From positions 6,427 through 70,426 of the forward strand of contig MNZB01000003.1 of the NCBI GenBank assembly GCA_001873435.1: 64,000 nt of DNA, in the 5' to 3' direction. The notes beneath the pieces are model-generated. The model did no database searches. It saw only the letters and a list, made by a program, of their open reading frames with translations, and was not told the origin of the DNA. The translations under genes and the position numbers were made by a program. This stretch comes from Candidatus Pacebacteria bacterium CG2_30_36_39. Its GTDB lineage: Bacteria; Patescibacteriota; Microgenomatia; UBA1400; PJMF01. Position 1 is the first letter of the stretch, and every line of letters starts with the position of its first letter. Below, in pieces: positions 36,927 to 45,548 of the stretch.

Positions 36927-37631
36927 ATGACAATAGAACTAGCTAACAAAAAAATCGAAGCTATAGTTCTTGATTTTGATGGTACTTTTTATTCTGCCAA
37001 CAAAGAATTGGAAGCTAAAATTTGGGGAGAAGCTAGAAAAAAACTAATCACCAAAATCTTAGAATTTGAAGGTATAACTAGTTTTACTCCAGAGTATTTC
37101 AACCAAAGACTAGAAGAATTTATTCAAGAAGCTCAGTTAAATGGATGGAGAGTTTCATTCAAAAAATTTGGCGGTACAGATGAAGGATTTGATGAAGTAA
37201 TTTCATCTGTCTCGGTAGCTGAATTCCTTGATTTTGATCAACAATTGGTTGATTTGTTAACAGAGCTAATGTCACATGTTCCTGTTTATATTTTTACTGG
37301 TTCTCATCGCAAGAGATGCTGGGATGCACTAGATGTATTAGTAGGAGATTTAATAAATAGGTTTGAAAACAGCATTTTAGCTGCTGATGACATGGAATTT
37401 GGTCGGAAACCAGTTCTAGCTGCATATCAAGAAATGGTTGATAGGTTTGCTTTAAATCCAGAAACTACTATTTTTGTGGATGATCAGCTGGTGGAAGTAA
37501 ACAGTGCTGCAGAACTTGGTATTATGACTTTTTTAATTCATGAAACAACCAATGGGGAAGAAGCAATTGGCTCTCATATTCTAATCAATTCATTAAAAAA
37601 ACTCTTAGATCATTTGGTTATTAAAGAATAG
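36927..37631 (+). CDS. HAD-family phosphatase (nucleotidase-like)
   Basis: DFDGT (motif I), FTGS (II), RKP (III), FVDD (IV). Confidence 0.9.
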   Translation: MTIELANKKIEAIVLDFDGTFYSANKELEAKIWGEARKKLITKILEFEGITSFTPEYFNQRLEEFIQEAQLNGWRVSFKKFGGTDEGFDEVISSVSVAEFLDFDQQLVDLLTELMSHVPVYIFTGSHRKRCWDALDVLVGDLINRFENSILAADDMEFGRKPVLAAYQEMVDRFALNPETTIFVDDQLVEVNSAAELGIMTFLIHETTNGEEAIGSHILINSLKKLLDHLVIKE

Positions 37632-37655
37632 CTGCTAATTTATTATCCTATAACA

Positions 37656-37684
37656 TTGACTATTTTTCTAATTTCTCATATAAT
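37656..37684 (+). promoter_or_regulatory. Near-consensus sigma70 promoter
   Basis: TTGACT-17-TATAAT. Confidence 0.8.
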
Positions 37685-37756
37685 ACTTGATGTTCACCAT
37701 ATCTAAACTGTGGCTTAGCGCCTCAGAATCTATTGGTGGGCAGGAGAGTGTCATCA

Positions 37757-37918
37757 ATGTCACCTGAAGAAGTAAGAAAAGCGATTGTTGATCAGAACTT
37801 GGGCGAGGGAGATCCTTGTCCGGGTCGTTGCGGAGGAACTCTGCATGTAATTGAGGATGATGGAACTAAATACATCCAGTGTTCTCAACACTCTGATCAC
37901 TATGCTGTTGCTGGTTAA
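37757..37918 (+). CDS. Small zinc-ribbon-like protein (53 aa)
   Basis: CPGRCGG...CSQHSDH; AGGAG SD at 37742. Confidence 0.7.
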   Translation: MSPEEVRKAIVDQNLGEGDPCPGRCGGTLHVIEDDGTKYIQCSQHSDHYAVAG

Positions 37919-37935
37919 CAGCACCTACTTCAAGC

Positions 37936-37965
37936 AAAAGCCCAGGGTTTCCTTGGGCTTTTTTC
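37936..37965 (+). terminator. Intrinsic terminator
   Basis: AAAAGCCCAGGG-TTT-CCTTGGGCTTTTTT. Confidence 0.88.
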
Positions 37966-38041
37966 ATTTCTCGTCCCACAACATCTGACTAAATTCTGCT
38001 ACTATATTAGTAGTAATAAATCCTTTTGGGAAATTGTTAGT

Positions 38042-39346
38042 ATGACAGAGCAAAGCACTAATCAAGTAAATGCCTCGCCATTGCAATCAACTAGCTCTGC
38101 GCCAGTAGAGTTAGAACCTCAAGCAAAAACGAGTTTTTTAGCAAAAATCATTGGAAAATGGAAAATTATTGTCGGTGGCATTCTAGGCATCGCTTTATTA
38201 GCTGTAACTAGCTATTTTGTTTATGCTAATTTTTTTATTTCTCCAAAACACCTGCTTGGAGAAGCTATGGAAAAGTTTGATGTTGATTCAATCAAAATTG
38301 GTTTTCAAGCCTCTGATGATACTTCGGATGTTTCAGGAACAATGATTGCTCATGAAAAAGGGCTTTCTAAAATTGATGCAAACCTAAGCATGTTAGAAGA
38401 AGGTGTGCGTCATGAATTTAATTTTAATTTCTTAATTGATGAGGAAAATGTTTATTTTAAGATGAATTACTCATTGATGGAATTAATTTTAATGCAGGCA
38501 GACCAAGTAGTTCCAGGAATTTCTTCAACAAATACCTTTACTTTGTTAAAACCAGTTTTAACTGGAAAATCATGGCTCCACGCCGCTGTTCCTCCAGTTG
38601 CTGATACAACCAGCGATGATAAAGCAGAGGAATATGCTGAAGAATGGGAGAAGTTTGGTGATGAATTGGGTGAAGCGATAATAATCAAAGATTATAAACG
38701 CAACCAGAAAGTAGACGGAGTTACATATAAAGTTATTTCTTTGGGAGTGGATAAAGTAAAATTGCTAACAGCAATTGATTCTCTCAAAGATCTTGATTTG
38801 GAAGTCAGCGTTTCAGATATTAATACTCTAAAGAAATCTGTTGAAGACATGGGTGAGCTTAAAGAAACATTGGCTGTAGTCTATATCGATAAAAAAGGCT
38901 ACATAAGAATGGCTGATCTTTATGCTCCACAAGGATCTAGTGAGTCAATTCAGGATGCAATTGATCAAGAAGCAGCTGCTAGTTCTCCTCTTTTAGCCCA
39001 GTTTTCTCAAATGACTTCTTTCTTCCAACCAGATAAGAAAGCCAAAGCTGGAGAATCAGTGAAGTTTATGACAATGACATTTGATGACTACGGAACAGCA
39101 GAAGAGCTTTCTGCTCCTTCTAATAGCGTTGAGTGGGATGAGGTGATGTTATATGCACAATCAGAGCTAATGCCAATTTTTTATCAATATATGATGATGC
39201 AACAGGCTCCTGGAGCCGGTGGGGTAGAACTTCCTACTTATCCACCACAATATCCAGGAAATTCATCGGGTGGTGTGCCATCGTATCCAATAATCGAGAG
39301 CCCTGATTATGGTAGTACTATGCCAGGTCAAGCAGCTCCATATTAA
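38042..39346 (+). CDS. Membrane-anchored extracellular hypothetical protein with Pro/Tyr-rich tail
   Basis: Single TM near residues 42-64; acidic beta-rich body. Confidence 0.8.
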   Translation: MTEQSTNQVNASPLQSTSSAPVELEPQAKTSFLAKIIGKWKIIVGGILGIALLAVTSYFVYANFFISPKHLLGEAMEKFDVDSIKIGFQASDDTSDVSGTMIAHEKGLSKIDANLSMLEEGVRHEFNFNFLIDEENVYFKMNYSLMELILMQADQVVPGISSTNTFTLLKPVLTGKSWLHAAVPPVADTTSDDKAEEYAEEWEKFGDELGEAIIIKDYKRNQKVDGVTYKVISLGVDKVKLLTAIDSLKDLDLEVSVSDINTLKKSVEDMGELKETLAVVYIDKKGYIRMADLYAPQGSSESIQDAIDQEAAASSPLLAQFSQMTSFFQPDKKAKAGESVKFMTMTFDDYGTAEELSAPSNSVEWDEVMLYAQSELMPIFYQYMMMQQAPGAGGVELPTYPPQYPGNSSGGVPSYPIIESPDYGSTMPGQAAPY

Positions 39347-39365
39347 GATAATTTAAAAGTAATTA

Positions 39366-39394
39366 AAAGACCCTCAAAAGAGGGTCTTTTTTTA
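39366..39394. terminator. Bidirectional terminator
   Basis: AAAAGACCCTC-AAAA-GAGGGTCTTTTTTT. Confidence 0.88.
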
Positions 39395-39398
39395 TTTA

Positions 39399-40079
39399 TT
39401 AATTTATTTCCGCTCGATAGCCAATACCCCAAACAGTTTTAAAAAGCTTTAATCCATATGGCTTTTCAATCTTTCTTCGTAAACTTGAAAAGTGAGTTTC
39501 AAGCGCATTGGAACAAGGAGTTTCACCATTTGGCCAAACATTTTGATAGAGAATTTCTCGTGGCACGGTGGTATTAATTTTTATTAATAAGTATTCTAGT
39601 AATTGCGTCTCTTTATTGTTCAAATATATCTCTTTATCTTTATATAAAGCTTTTTTCATAATAAAGCAAAAAGTAAAATTTTGGTAGAAAAATGGTTGTT
39701 TTTGCCACTTAATATTCGGTAATTCTTTGGCAAATAAGTTAATTTTACACTCTAATTCCGCAGTACATACTTTTCCCGAAAGACAATCTTTGACTCCAAC
39801 AGATAAGTAATAGGCACGGTCTTTAGAGCTAGCTTTTTGTAAGTAAAGCAAAATTGGCGTATTAATACTTTTTTGTACCAAAGTTTGACTATATTTTTTT
39901 AATAAAATAGAAGACTTACCAGCTAAAATTAGATAAATTTGATATTTTCCAGGAATAACCACAGTAATATTGTTGCTAGAAAACATAAACAAACTATAGG
40001 AATAGCTAGCAAAAAGTTTTTTTTGAAAAACTTTAGAACTATTAAAAAATGATTTTTCAGCGAGCACACAAAGTTCCAT
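39399..40079 (-). CDS. OmpR/PhoB-type winged-helix regulator with degenerate receiver domain
   Basis: LNNKETQLLEYL, VW..SNALETHFSSLRRKI, KTVWGIGY; start uncertain. Confidence 0.8.
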   Translation of the reverse strand: MELCVLAEKSFFNSSKVFQKKLFASYSYSLFMFSSNNITVVIPGKYQIYLILAGKSSILLKKYSQTLVQKSINTPILLYLQKASSKDRAYYLSVGVKDCLSGKVCTAELECKINLFAKELPNIKWQKQPFFYQNFTFCFIMKKALYKDKEIYLNNKETQLLEYLLIKINTTVPREILYQNVWPNGETPCSNALETHFSSLRRKIEKPYGLKLFKTVWGIGYRAEIN

Positions 40080-40163
40080 TTCTTGACTAAAATAGCTACA
40101 TTTTTTTATTGATAGATGAGCCGTTCTCACTCATTGTTGATTTTTTTGCTATATTAGATACAG

Positions 40164-41537
40164 ATGCCCAACCAATCGACCAAATTGCCGAATCCTCCTA
40201 GTTTGATTCGTACCCTTGGCCCTTCTTTCATTCTCTTAGGCCTAGCCTTGGGTAGTGGCGAGTTAATCTTATGGCCTTATTTATCTGCCAAATATGGATT
40301 GGGTTTATTGTGGGGTGGACTGCTTGGTATTACTTTTCAATTTGTTTTAAACACTGAAACTATGCGTTACGCATTGGCTTGGGGAGAAAGTGTTTTTGTT
40401 GGTTTTAGAAAAATGTCTCGTTTAATACCAGCCTGGTTTATTATCTCAACTTTTATTCCTTGGTCTCTACCAGGATTTTCTTCTGCATCTGCCCAAATCT
40501 TAACTAGATTCTTTCCTTTTTTAAATGAAAAAATAGTCGCTATTATTTTATTACTATCAGTTGGAGTAATTCTAAGCACCGGCAAGAGTTTGTACAAAAC
40601 CATTGAGCAAGTTCAAAAACTGATTATTTATCTTAGCTTACCTTTTATCTTTACTTTAACCTTTTTCTTTTCTTCAACAGTGGAATGGAAAGAATTAGCA
40701 TGGGGATTAATTGGCAGAGGTGATGGCTGGTGGTTTTTTCCAGCTGGATTATCATTAACAGCTTTTCTTGGTGCTTTTGCATATTCCGGAGCTGGGGGAA
40801 ATTTAAATTTAGCTCAATCTTATTACATCAAGGAAAAAGGCTTTGGTATGGGTAGATACTCAGCAAAAATCAAGTCGTTATTTACCAAAGGCTCTGAAAA
40901 AATACCTCTAAATGGACAAACATTTATTGATTCTCCAAGCAATCGCAAGCTTTGGCATAAATGGTGGACTTTAATAAATACAGAACATTTTTTAGTTTTT
41001 TGGTTATTGGGTTTCTTAACAATTGCAGTCATGGCTGTTTTATCAAAATCACTTGTTTATGGAGCAGACGTAGGAGAAGGTTTGGCCTTTTTATATGCCC
41101 AAGCTAGTGCTATTACAACTCGTTCTTTTGCTTTTTTTGGTACTAGTTTCTTGTTTATTGCTGCTCTAATGCTATTTTCCACTCATCTTGGAATTCTAGA
41201 GTCCTCATCTCGCATTGTTTCAGAGAATATTTATTTATTTTTTAATCGTGGCCATAAATTTAAAGCTAATCTATCTCTAGGTTTTTATGTAGCACTCTGG
41301 TTGCAGATTTTTCTAGGAATTATAATTTATTCAATAGGTTGGCAAGAACCAAGGTTTCTCTTAACGCTTTCAGCAACTCTAAATGCTGGCGCAATGATGG
41401 TTGCTTTTCCATTGGTATATTTACTAAACAAAAAACACTTGCCAGCTCATTATCAACCTAGCTGGTGGCGTAAAGTTTTATTGCTATTAGCAACGATATT
41501 TTTTATTGGTTTTATGGCAATTACATTGCTGAAGTAG
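40164..41537 (+). CDS. Nramp-like (APC superfamily) transporter
   Basis: LGPSFILLGLALGSGELILWP, YG.GLLW, about 11 TM. Confidence 0.8.
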   Translation: MPNQSTKLPNPPSLIRTLGPSFILLGLALGSGELILWPYLSAKYGLGLLWGGLLGITFQFVLNTETMRYALAWGESVFVGFRKMSRLIPAWFIISTFIPWSLPGFSSASAQILTRFFPFLNEKIVAIILLLSVGVILSTGKSLYKTIEQVQKLIIYLSLPFIFTLTFFFSSTVEWKELAWGLIGRGDGWWFFPAGLSLTAFLGAFAYSGAGGNLNLAQSYYIKEKGFGMGRYSAKIKSLFTKGSEKIPLNGQTFIDSPSNRKLWHKWWTLINTEHFLVFWLLGFLTIAVMAVLSKSLVYGADVGEGLAFLYAQASAITTRSFAFFGTSFLFIAALMLFSTHLGILESSSRIVSENIYLFFNRGHKFKANLSLGFYVALWLQIFLGIIIYSIGWQEPRFLLTLSATLNAGAMMVAFPLVYLLNKKHLPAHYQPSWWRKVLLLLATIFFIGFMAITLLK

Positions 41538-41578
41538 TGCATTTTTAGATACTTTGATATATAATCACTCGTTTGAAT

Positions 41579-42424
41579 ATGGTATCTATCGAAAACGGCA
41601 ACCAATCCGGCATTGGCGTTTTTACAGAAACAAAGAAATTTATTGCAAGTCTTGGTGGTAGTGTTATTTTTGAGAAATCTCAGGAAAATTTAACTAAACA
41701 ATCTAACTTTCTTGTATTTAAAGTTTTAGAGTTTTTTAAAGCGCTAAATTTTAGGAGTTCTAAAGAAAAAGAGACTCCAAACTTTTTGCGCCTAGACCAT
41801 GCTTTTGTTGGTGGCCTAATTGAATTATTTCGTTCATTAAATGAACAAGACTTTATTTCAGCTGTAGTTGTTGGCGGTGGCACATTAGCTCGCTTAAGAA
41901 TTGAAGATGCTCAAAGTTTTGGTGAAGGTAATGGAGATAATAAACAATTGGATTATGTTGGCATTGCTGTCAGTGAAACTAATGCTGTAGAGCTCTTGGC
42001 AATTTTACTTCGCCAAAATATTGCCGCTAAAAGACTTTTACAAGAAAAAGAAGAATTAATCCCAGGAAATGTTTATCTTCGTGGGGGAATAGAACCGGGT
42101 CATACTACCGATTTTGTAGCTGTTACAAAAGCAGTGGAGTCTGGAGCCTCAGTGGTGGTAAACATCAGCAATACGCCTGGCTTGTATCCGCTTGCCGAAG
42201 ATGGTTCACTAGATAGTAGTAAGATTATTGGTGAAATGAGCTTAGCTGATTACTTAGAAAAATTTGCAGTAGAACATAGGCCTGGTGTAAATACACCATT
42301 TGATGCTAAGGCAGCAGAATTGGCTATGGAAAATAATATTACAGTTATTCTTGTTGGCAATGATGTTGAAAATCTAAAGAAATTAGTTGTTGGCGAAGAT
42401 TTTGTCGGTACAATTCTTAATTAA
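41579..42424 (+). CDS. pyrH: UMP kinase, archaeal type
   Basis: SLGGSV, VVVGGG..AR, D.VGIA, GG..PGHTTD.VA, PFD..A. Confidence 0.85.
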   Translation: MVSIENGNQSGIGVFTETKKFIASLGGSVIFEKSQENLTKQSNFLVFKVLEFFKALNFRSSKEKETPNFLRLDHAFVGGLIELFRSLNEQDFISAVVVGGGTLARLRIEDAQSFGEGNGDNKQLDYVGIAVSETNAVELLAILLRQNIAAKRLLQEKEELIPGNVYLRGGIEPGHTTDFVAVTKAVESGASVVVNISNTPGLYPLAEDGSLDSSKIIGEMSLADYLEKFAVEHRPGVNTPFDAKAAELAMENNITVILVGNDVENLKKLVVGEDFVGTILN

Positions 42425-42426
42425 AA

Positions 42427-43065
42427 TTAAATTAACCATTTCAAGACGATATTCATAATTGGTGTTAGCAACTGTGATGCTGGGGAAACTCCATTCCAAG
42501 GTAAGATTAAAAATAACAAAATGAAATTGCCATATTGAGTCATTACAGATTCATATTCTGCTGCCGTATCTTTGGGTAGAAAAGCAGTAATAATTTTACT
42601 GCCATCTAGTGGATAAACTGGAATAAGGTTAAATGCAGCGAGAGCAATATTGATAATTAGAATTTGTAGAATTGAATATTGCAGCCAATAAAATGGTATT
42701 ACCTCCATTTTTAAGACAAAAGACAAAATAGCAGCAACAGCAATATTCGATAGAGGACCCGCTATGGCGATAATAGCGGTATCTTTAACAGGATTCTTGA
42801 GATTATAAGGATCAAATGGGGCAGGCTTACCCCAACCAAAACGAGTGAATAACATAGCCAAAACTCCCAATGGATCTAGATGAACCCTTGGGTCAAGAGT
42901 TAGACGTCCTTGGGCTCTGGGAGTGGGATCTCCAAGCTTGTCAGTTATCCAACAGTGAGCAAATTCATGAATGGTAATTGAAAGCAATAACCCTCCAAAA
43001 ATTACAACAAATACCAATGGAGAAGAGAATAATAACGAAATCATTGGTTTATTATACTCGAACAT
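42427..43065 (-). CDS. Site-2 protease (M50) family
   Basis: HEFAH, GDPTP...GRLTLDP, AGPLSN, FNLIPVYPLDG. Confidence 0.95.
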   Translation of the reverse strand: MFEYNKPMISLLFSSPLVFVVIFGGLLLSITIHEFAHCWITDKLGDPTPRAQGRLTLDPRVHLDPLGVLAMLFTRFGWGKPAPFDPYNLKNPVKDTAIIAIAGPLSNIAVAAILSFVLKMEVIPFYWLQYSILQILIINIALAAFNLIPVYPLDGSKIITAFLPKDTAAEYESVMTQYGNFILLFLILPWNGVSPASQLLTPIMNIVLKWLI

Positions 43066-43149
43066 TTAAAGTTGTTTTGGCTAGCATAAATTGCTTCTGA
43101 TATAGTGTTTGCTCATTTGCCAAAGAAATGTTACAATCACCCCCTGACT

Positions 43150-43368
43150 ATGAAAAGATTTTCGTTCAAATTTCCAGTAGTGTCACACATCGGAAACCTT
43201 GTGTCTCACGCCAAGAACCGCACTAAACGTGGTTTTAAGTACAACTTACACACCGTAACTGTTAACGTTGATGGTGAAAAGAAACGCTTTCGCGTGCCAA
43301 CAAAGGTTCTACGCATGCTTAAGAAATCTGGAGTGACTACTCACTACAAAAAAGAAGTTGCTGAATAA
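43150..43368 (+). CDS. rpmB: 50S ribosomal protein L28
   Basis: GNLVSHAKNRTKR.FKYNL. Confidence 0.92.
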   Translation: MKRFSFKFPVVSHIGNLVSHAKNRTKRGFKYNLHTVTVNVDGEKKRFRVPTKVLRMLKKSGVTTHYKKEVAE

Positions 43369-43393
43369 ATAGCAATTTTAAAAAAGAAAAAAT

Positions 43394-43423
43394 AAACGCC
43401 ATCTAAATAATGATGGCGTTTTT
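43394..43423. terminator. Bidirectional terminator rpmB/fmt
   Basis: AAACGCCATC...GATGGCGTTTTT. Confidence 0.65.
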
Positions 43424-44293
43424 AGTTTCATTCCAACCAGCAACCTCTTTGCCCTCAATTTGCACCAATTCTAATTGAAGGTATTTTCTTTCATCTAATT
43501 TACACTTATGAATAATCAATCTCTTATCACCCTTGCTTGTTGGCACAATAGTCCATAGTTTGGGCCAGGGAGAATAAGCTCTAGAAGCTCTTTCTAGCTC
43601 TTGGGCTAGTATTCCCTCATCCATAGCTTGCTGAATCATGTTCCAGGGCCTAAAAGCCTGTTCTTTAGTAATTTTTTGGGCAGTTGGCGTAGGTGATTCC
43701 ATCGGTTGTGGTATGGCTATTAAATTACCAGTAATAAACTCAGTTAATAAATCCCCCAAATTAGCACAAATTAGTCTAAAACTTGTTTGATAGTATTCTG
43801 TTTGAGTCCAATCAACACCAACCTTAAAAGGTAGTTGTTTGAGAATTGGACCTTCGTCCATTTTTTCATTCATTATCATTAGAGTTACTCCAGAATCAGT
43901 TTCACCACTTAGTAAAACACTAGGACCTGGGGTACTACCTCGCCAACTAGGCAACATTGATGGGTGAATATTGAGAGGAGCAATTTTTGGTAAAGCTAAT
44001 AACCATTTTGGAACCAATAAACCAAAATCTACTACTAATAATAAATCTGGTTTTGATTGGGATTCTAGCTCAGATTTAATAACAGAATCTAGTTTATTGG
44101 GGATTAAGGTAACGCTAACTTTATTCTCCAAAGCAAATTGATGTAGAGGATTGTTAGTTAAGATTTGTTTACGACCAATTTTTTTTGGAGCTGGAGTAAT
44201 TATTTTGGTTAGTAAAAAACGCTTGTCTATCAACAAGGTTTGAGCAACCTGTTTTGTTCTTTCAGTCGAGCCAGCTAACCAAATAGTGTACAT
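43403..44293 (-). CDS. fmt: Methionyl-tRNA formyltransferase
   Basis: NIHPSMLPSWRG, GVTLM....MDEG, RAYSPWP. Confidence 0.93.
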   Translation of the reverse strand: MYTIWLAGSTERTKQVAQTLLIDKRFLLTKIITPAPKKIGRKQILTNNPLHQFALENKVSVTLIPNKLDSVIKSELESQSKPDLLLVVDFGLLVPKWLLALPKIAPLNIHPSMLPSWRGSTPGPSVLLSGETDSGVTLMIMNEKMDEGPILKQLPFKVGVDWTQTEYYQTSFRLICANLGDLLTEFITGNLIAIPQPMESPTPTAQKITKEQAFRPWNMIQQAMDEGILAQELERASRAYSPWPKLWTIVPTSKGDKRLIIHKCKLDERKYLQLELVQIEGKEVAGWNETKNAIII

Positions 44294-44315
44294 AGTTCTT
44301 ATTTTCTTTGTAGCT

Positions 44316-44879
44316 TTAGAAAAGCTCTAAAGCACCACGATCAGTCAATTCGACCAATTCATTTTTCTTTTCAACATAAACTGGCAAATCATATTCTAGA
44401 GAGTAATCAGTAAATAAAATTCCATCCAAATGATCAATTTCATGTTGAATAACTCTGGCGTGAAAACCATCAAAACGACTTTTTTTATCTACAAACTCAC
44501 CATCATAAATTGCTTGGTATTCTAATTCTACCCACTCCCAACGAGGCACTGGTCCATATAACCCTGGCATGGAAAGACAACCTTCTAAGCGAGGATTTTC
44601 TGGATCTGGACCAAAAGTATAGTCGTTACTATGTTTTTTAATAATTGGATTGATGAATTCTTGAGGAATAGCTTTGGGATTTTGGTCATCAATTAGAGTT
44701 AAAAATACTCGATTTAACACATCCACTTGTGGAGCAGCAAGACCTACACCTTTGGGGTTTTCTGTATTTGACAAAATACCCTTCATTTCTGAAAGGAATT
44801 TAATAAATTCTGGTGTTATTTTTTGCACTCTCTCTGCTTTATCTCGCAAAGTGGGGTGCGGAATTGTAATAATCTTCAT
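44316..44879 (-). CDS. def: Peptide deformylase
   Basis: GVGLAAPQ, EGCLS, QHEIDHLDG. Confidence 0.98.
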   Translation of the reverse strand: MKIITIPHPTLRDKAERVQKITPEFIKFLSEMKGILSNTENPKGVGLAAPQVDVLNRVFLTLIDDQNPKAIPQEFINPIIKKHSNDYTFGPDPENPRLEGCLSMPGLYGPVPRWEWVELEYQAIYDGEFVDKKSRFDGFHARVIQHEIDHLDGILFTDYSLEYDLPVYVEKKNELVELTDRGALELF

Positions 44880-45544
44880 GGTTCAATAACAATTTGATAA
44901 TGTGATAATTCTACCAGATATGTCGAGATTTTTTCTGAAGAAATGTTAGTAATATCTACATTGGCGTTTTGTTGTAAGTTTTTTTCCAAGATAACTCCAA
45001 ATTTTTGATTTAGAACAAAAAGATTCTCATCTGCCCAAGACTTAGATCGATGCTTATATCTGCTTTGAATATCAACAAGCCGATCTTGTAGTGAAGAAAT
45101 TCCTGTTGGTATGACCCTTAGATCTGCATATTCACAAATTTGTTCCTCCCACGAAGCTTGGGTTGATTGTTCTAAATTTGTTGCATCCATAGATTTAACG
45201 AGCTTGATAATTTTTTTATTTACTCCTATTTCTTTTACCATGGTAACTGTGGCTTTATGAGCATTTTTTCCATATTTAGTCTTAATTTCAACCTGTTTTC
45301 GTAACCAAAATTTATCAAGCAGGGCTTTATCTAAAACCACTGCATTTTCAGATAAATCAAACTTAATTAAATTGCCAAGATCGTGTAGCAATAGCGCTGA
45401 AATAATATTATTTTTATTAATTTCTGGACCAATCCACGCATCGCAAATATATTTACCAACAGCAGCTACCAAATACATATGATTACGCAAACCGGGTGGA
45501 ATAAAGTATTGATCGTATATTTGATTAATTGTTTGTTTTTTCAT
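44876..45544 (-). CDS. HD-domain protein
   Basis: H..V, LLHDLGN, YAD.R. Confidence 0.8.
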   Translation of the reverse strand: MKKQTINQIYDQYFIPPGLRNHMYLVAAVGKYICDAWIGPEINKNNIISALLLHDLGNLIKFDLSENAVVLDKALLDKFWLRKQVEIKTKYGKNAHKATVTMVKEIGVNKKIIKLVKSMDATNLEQSTQASWEEQICEYADLRVIPTGISSLQDRLVDIQSRYKHRSKSWADENLFVLNQKFGVILEKNLQQNANVDITNISSEKISTYLVELSHYQIVIEP

Positions 45545-45548
45545 GTTT

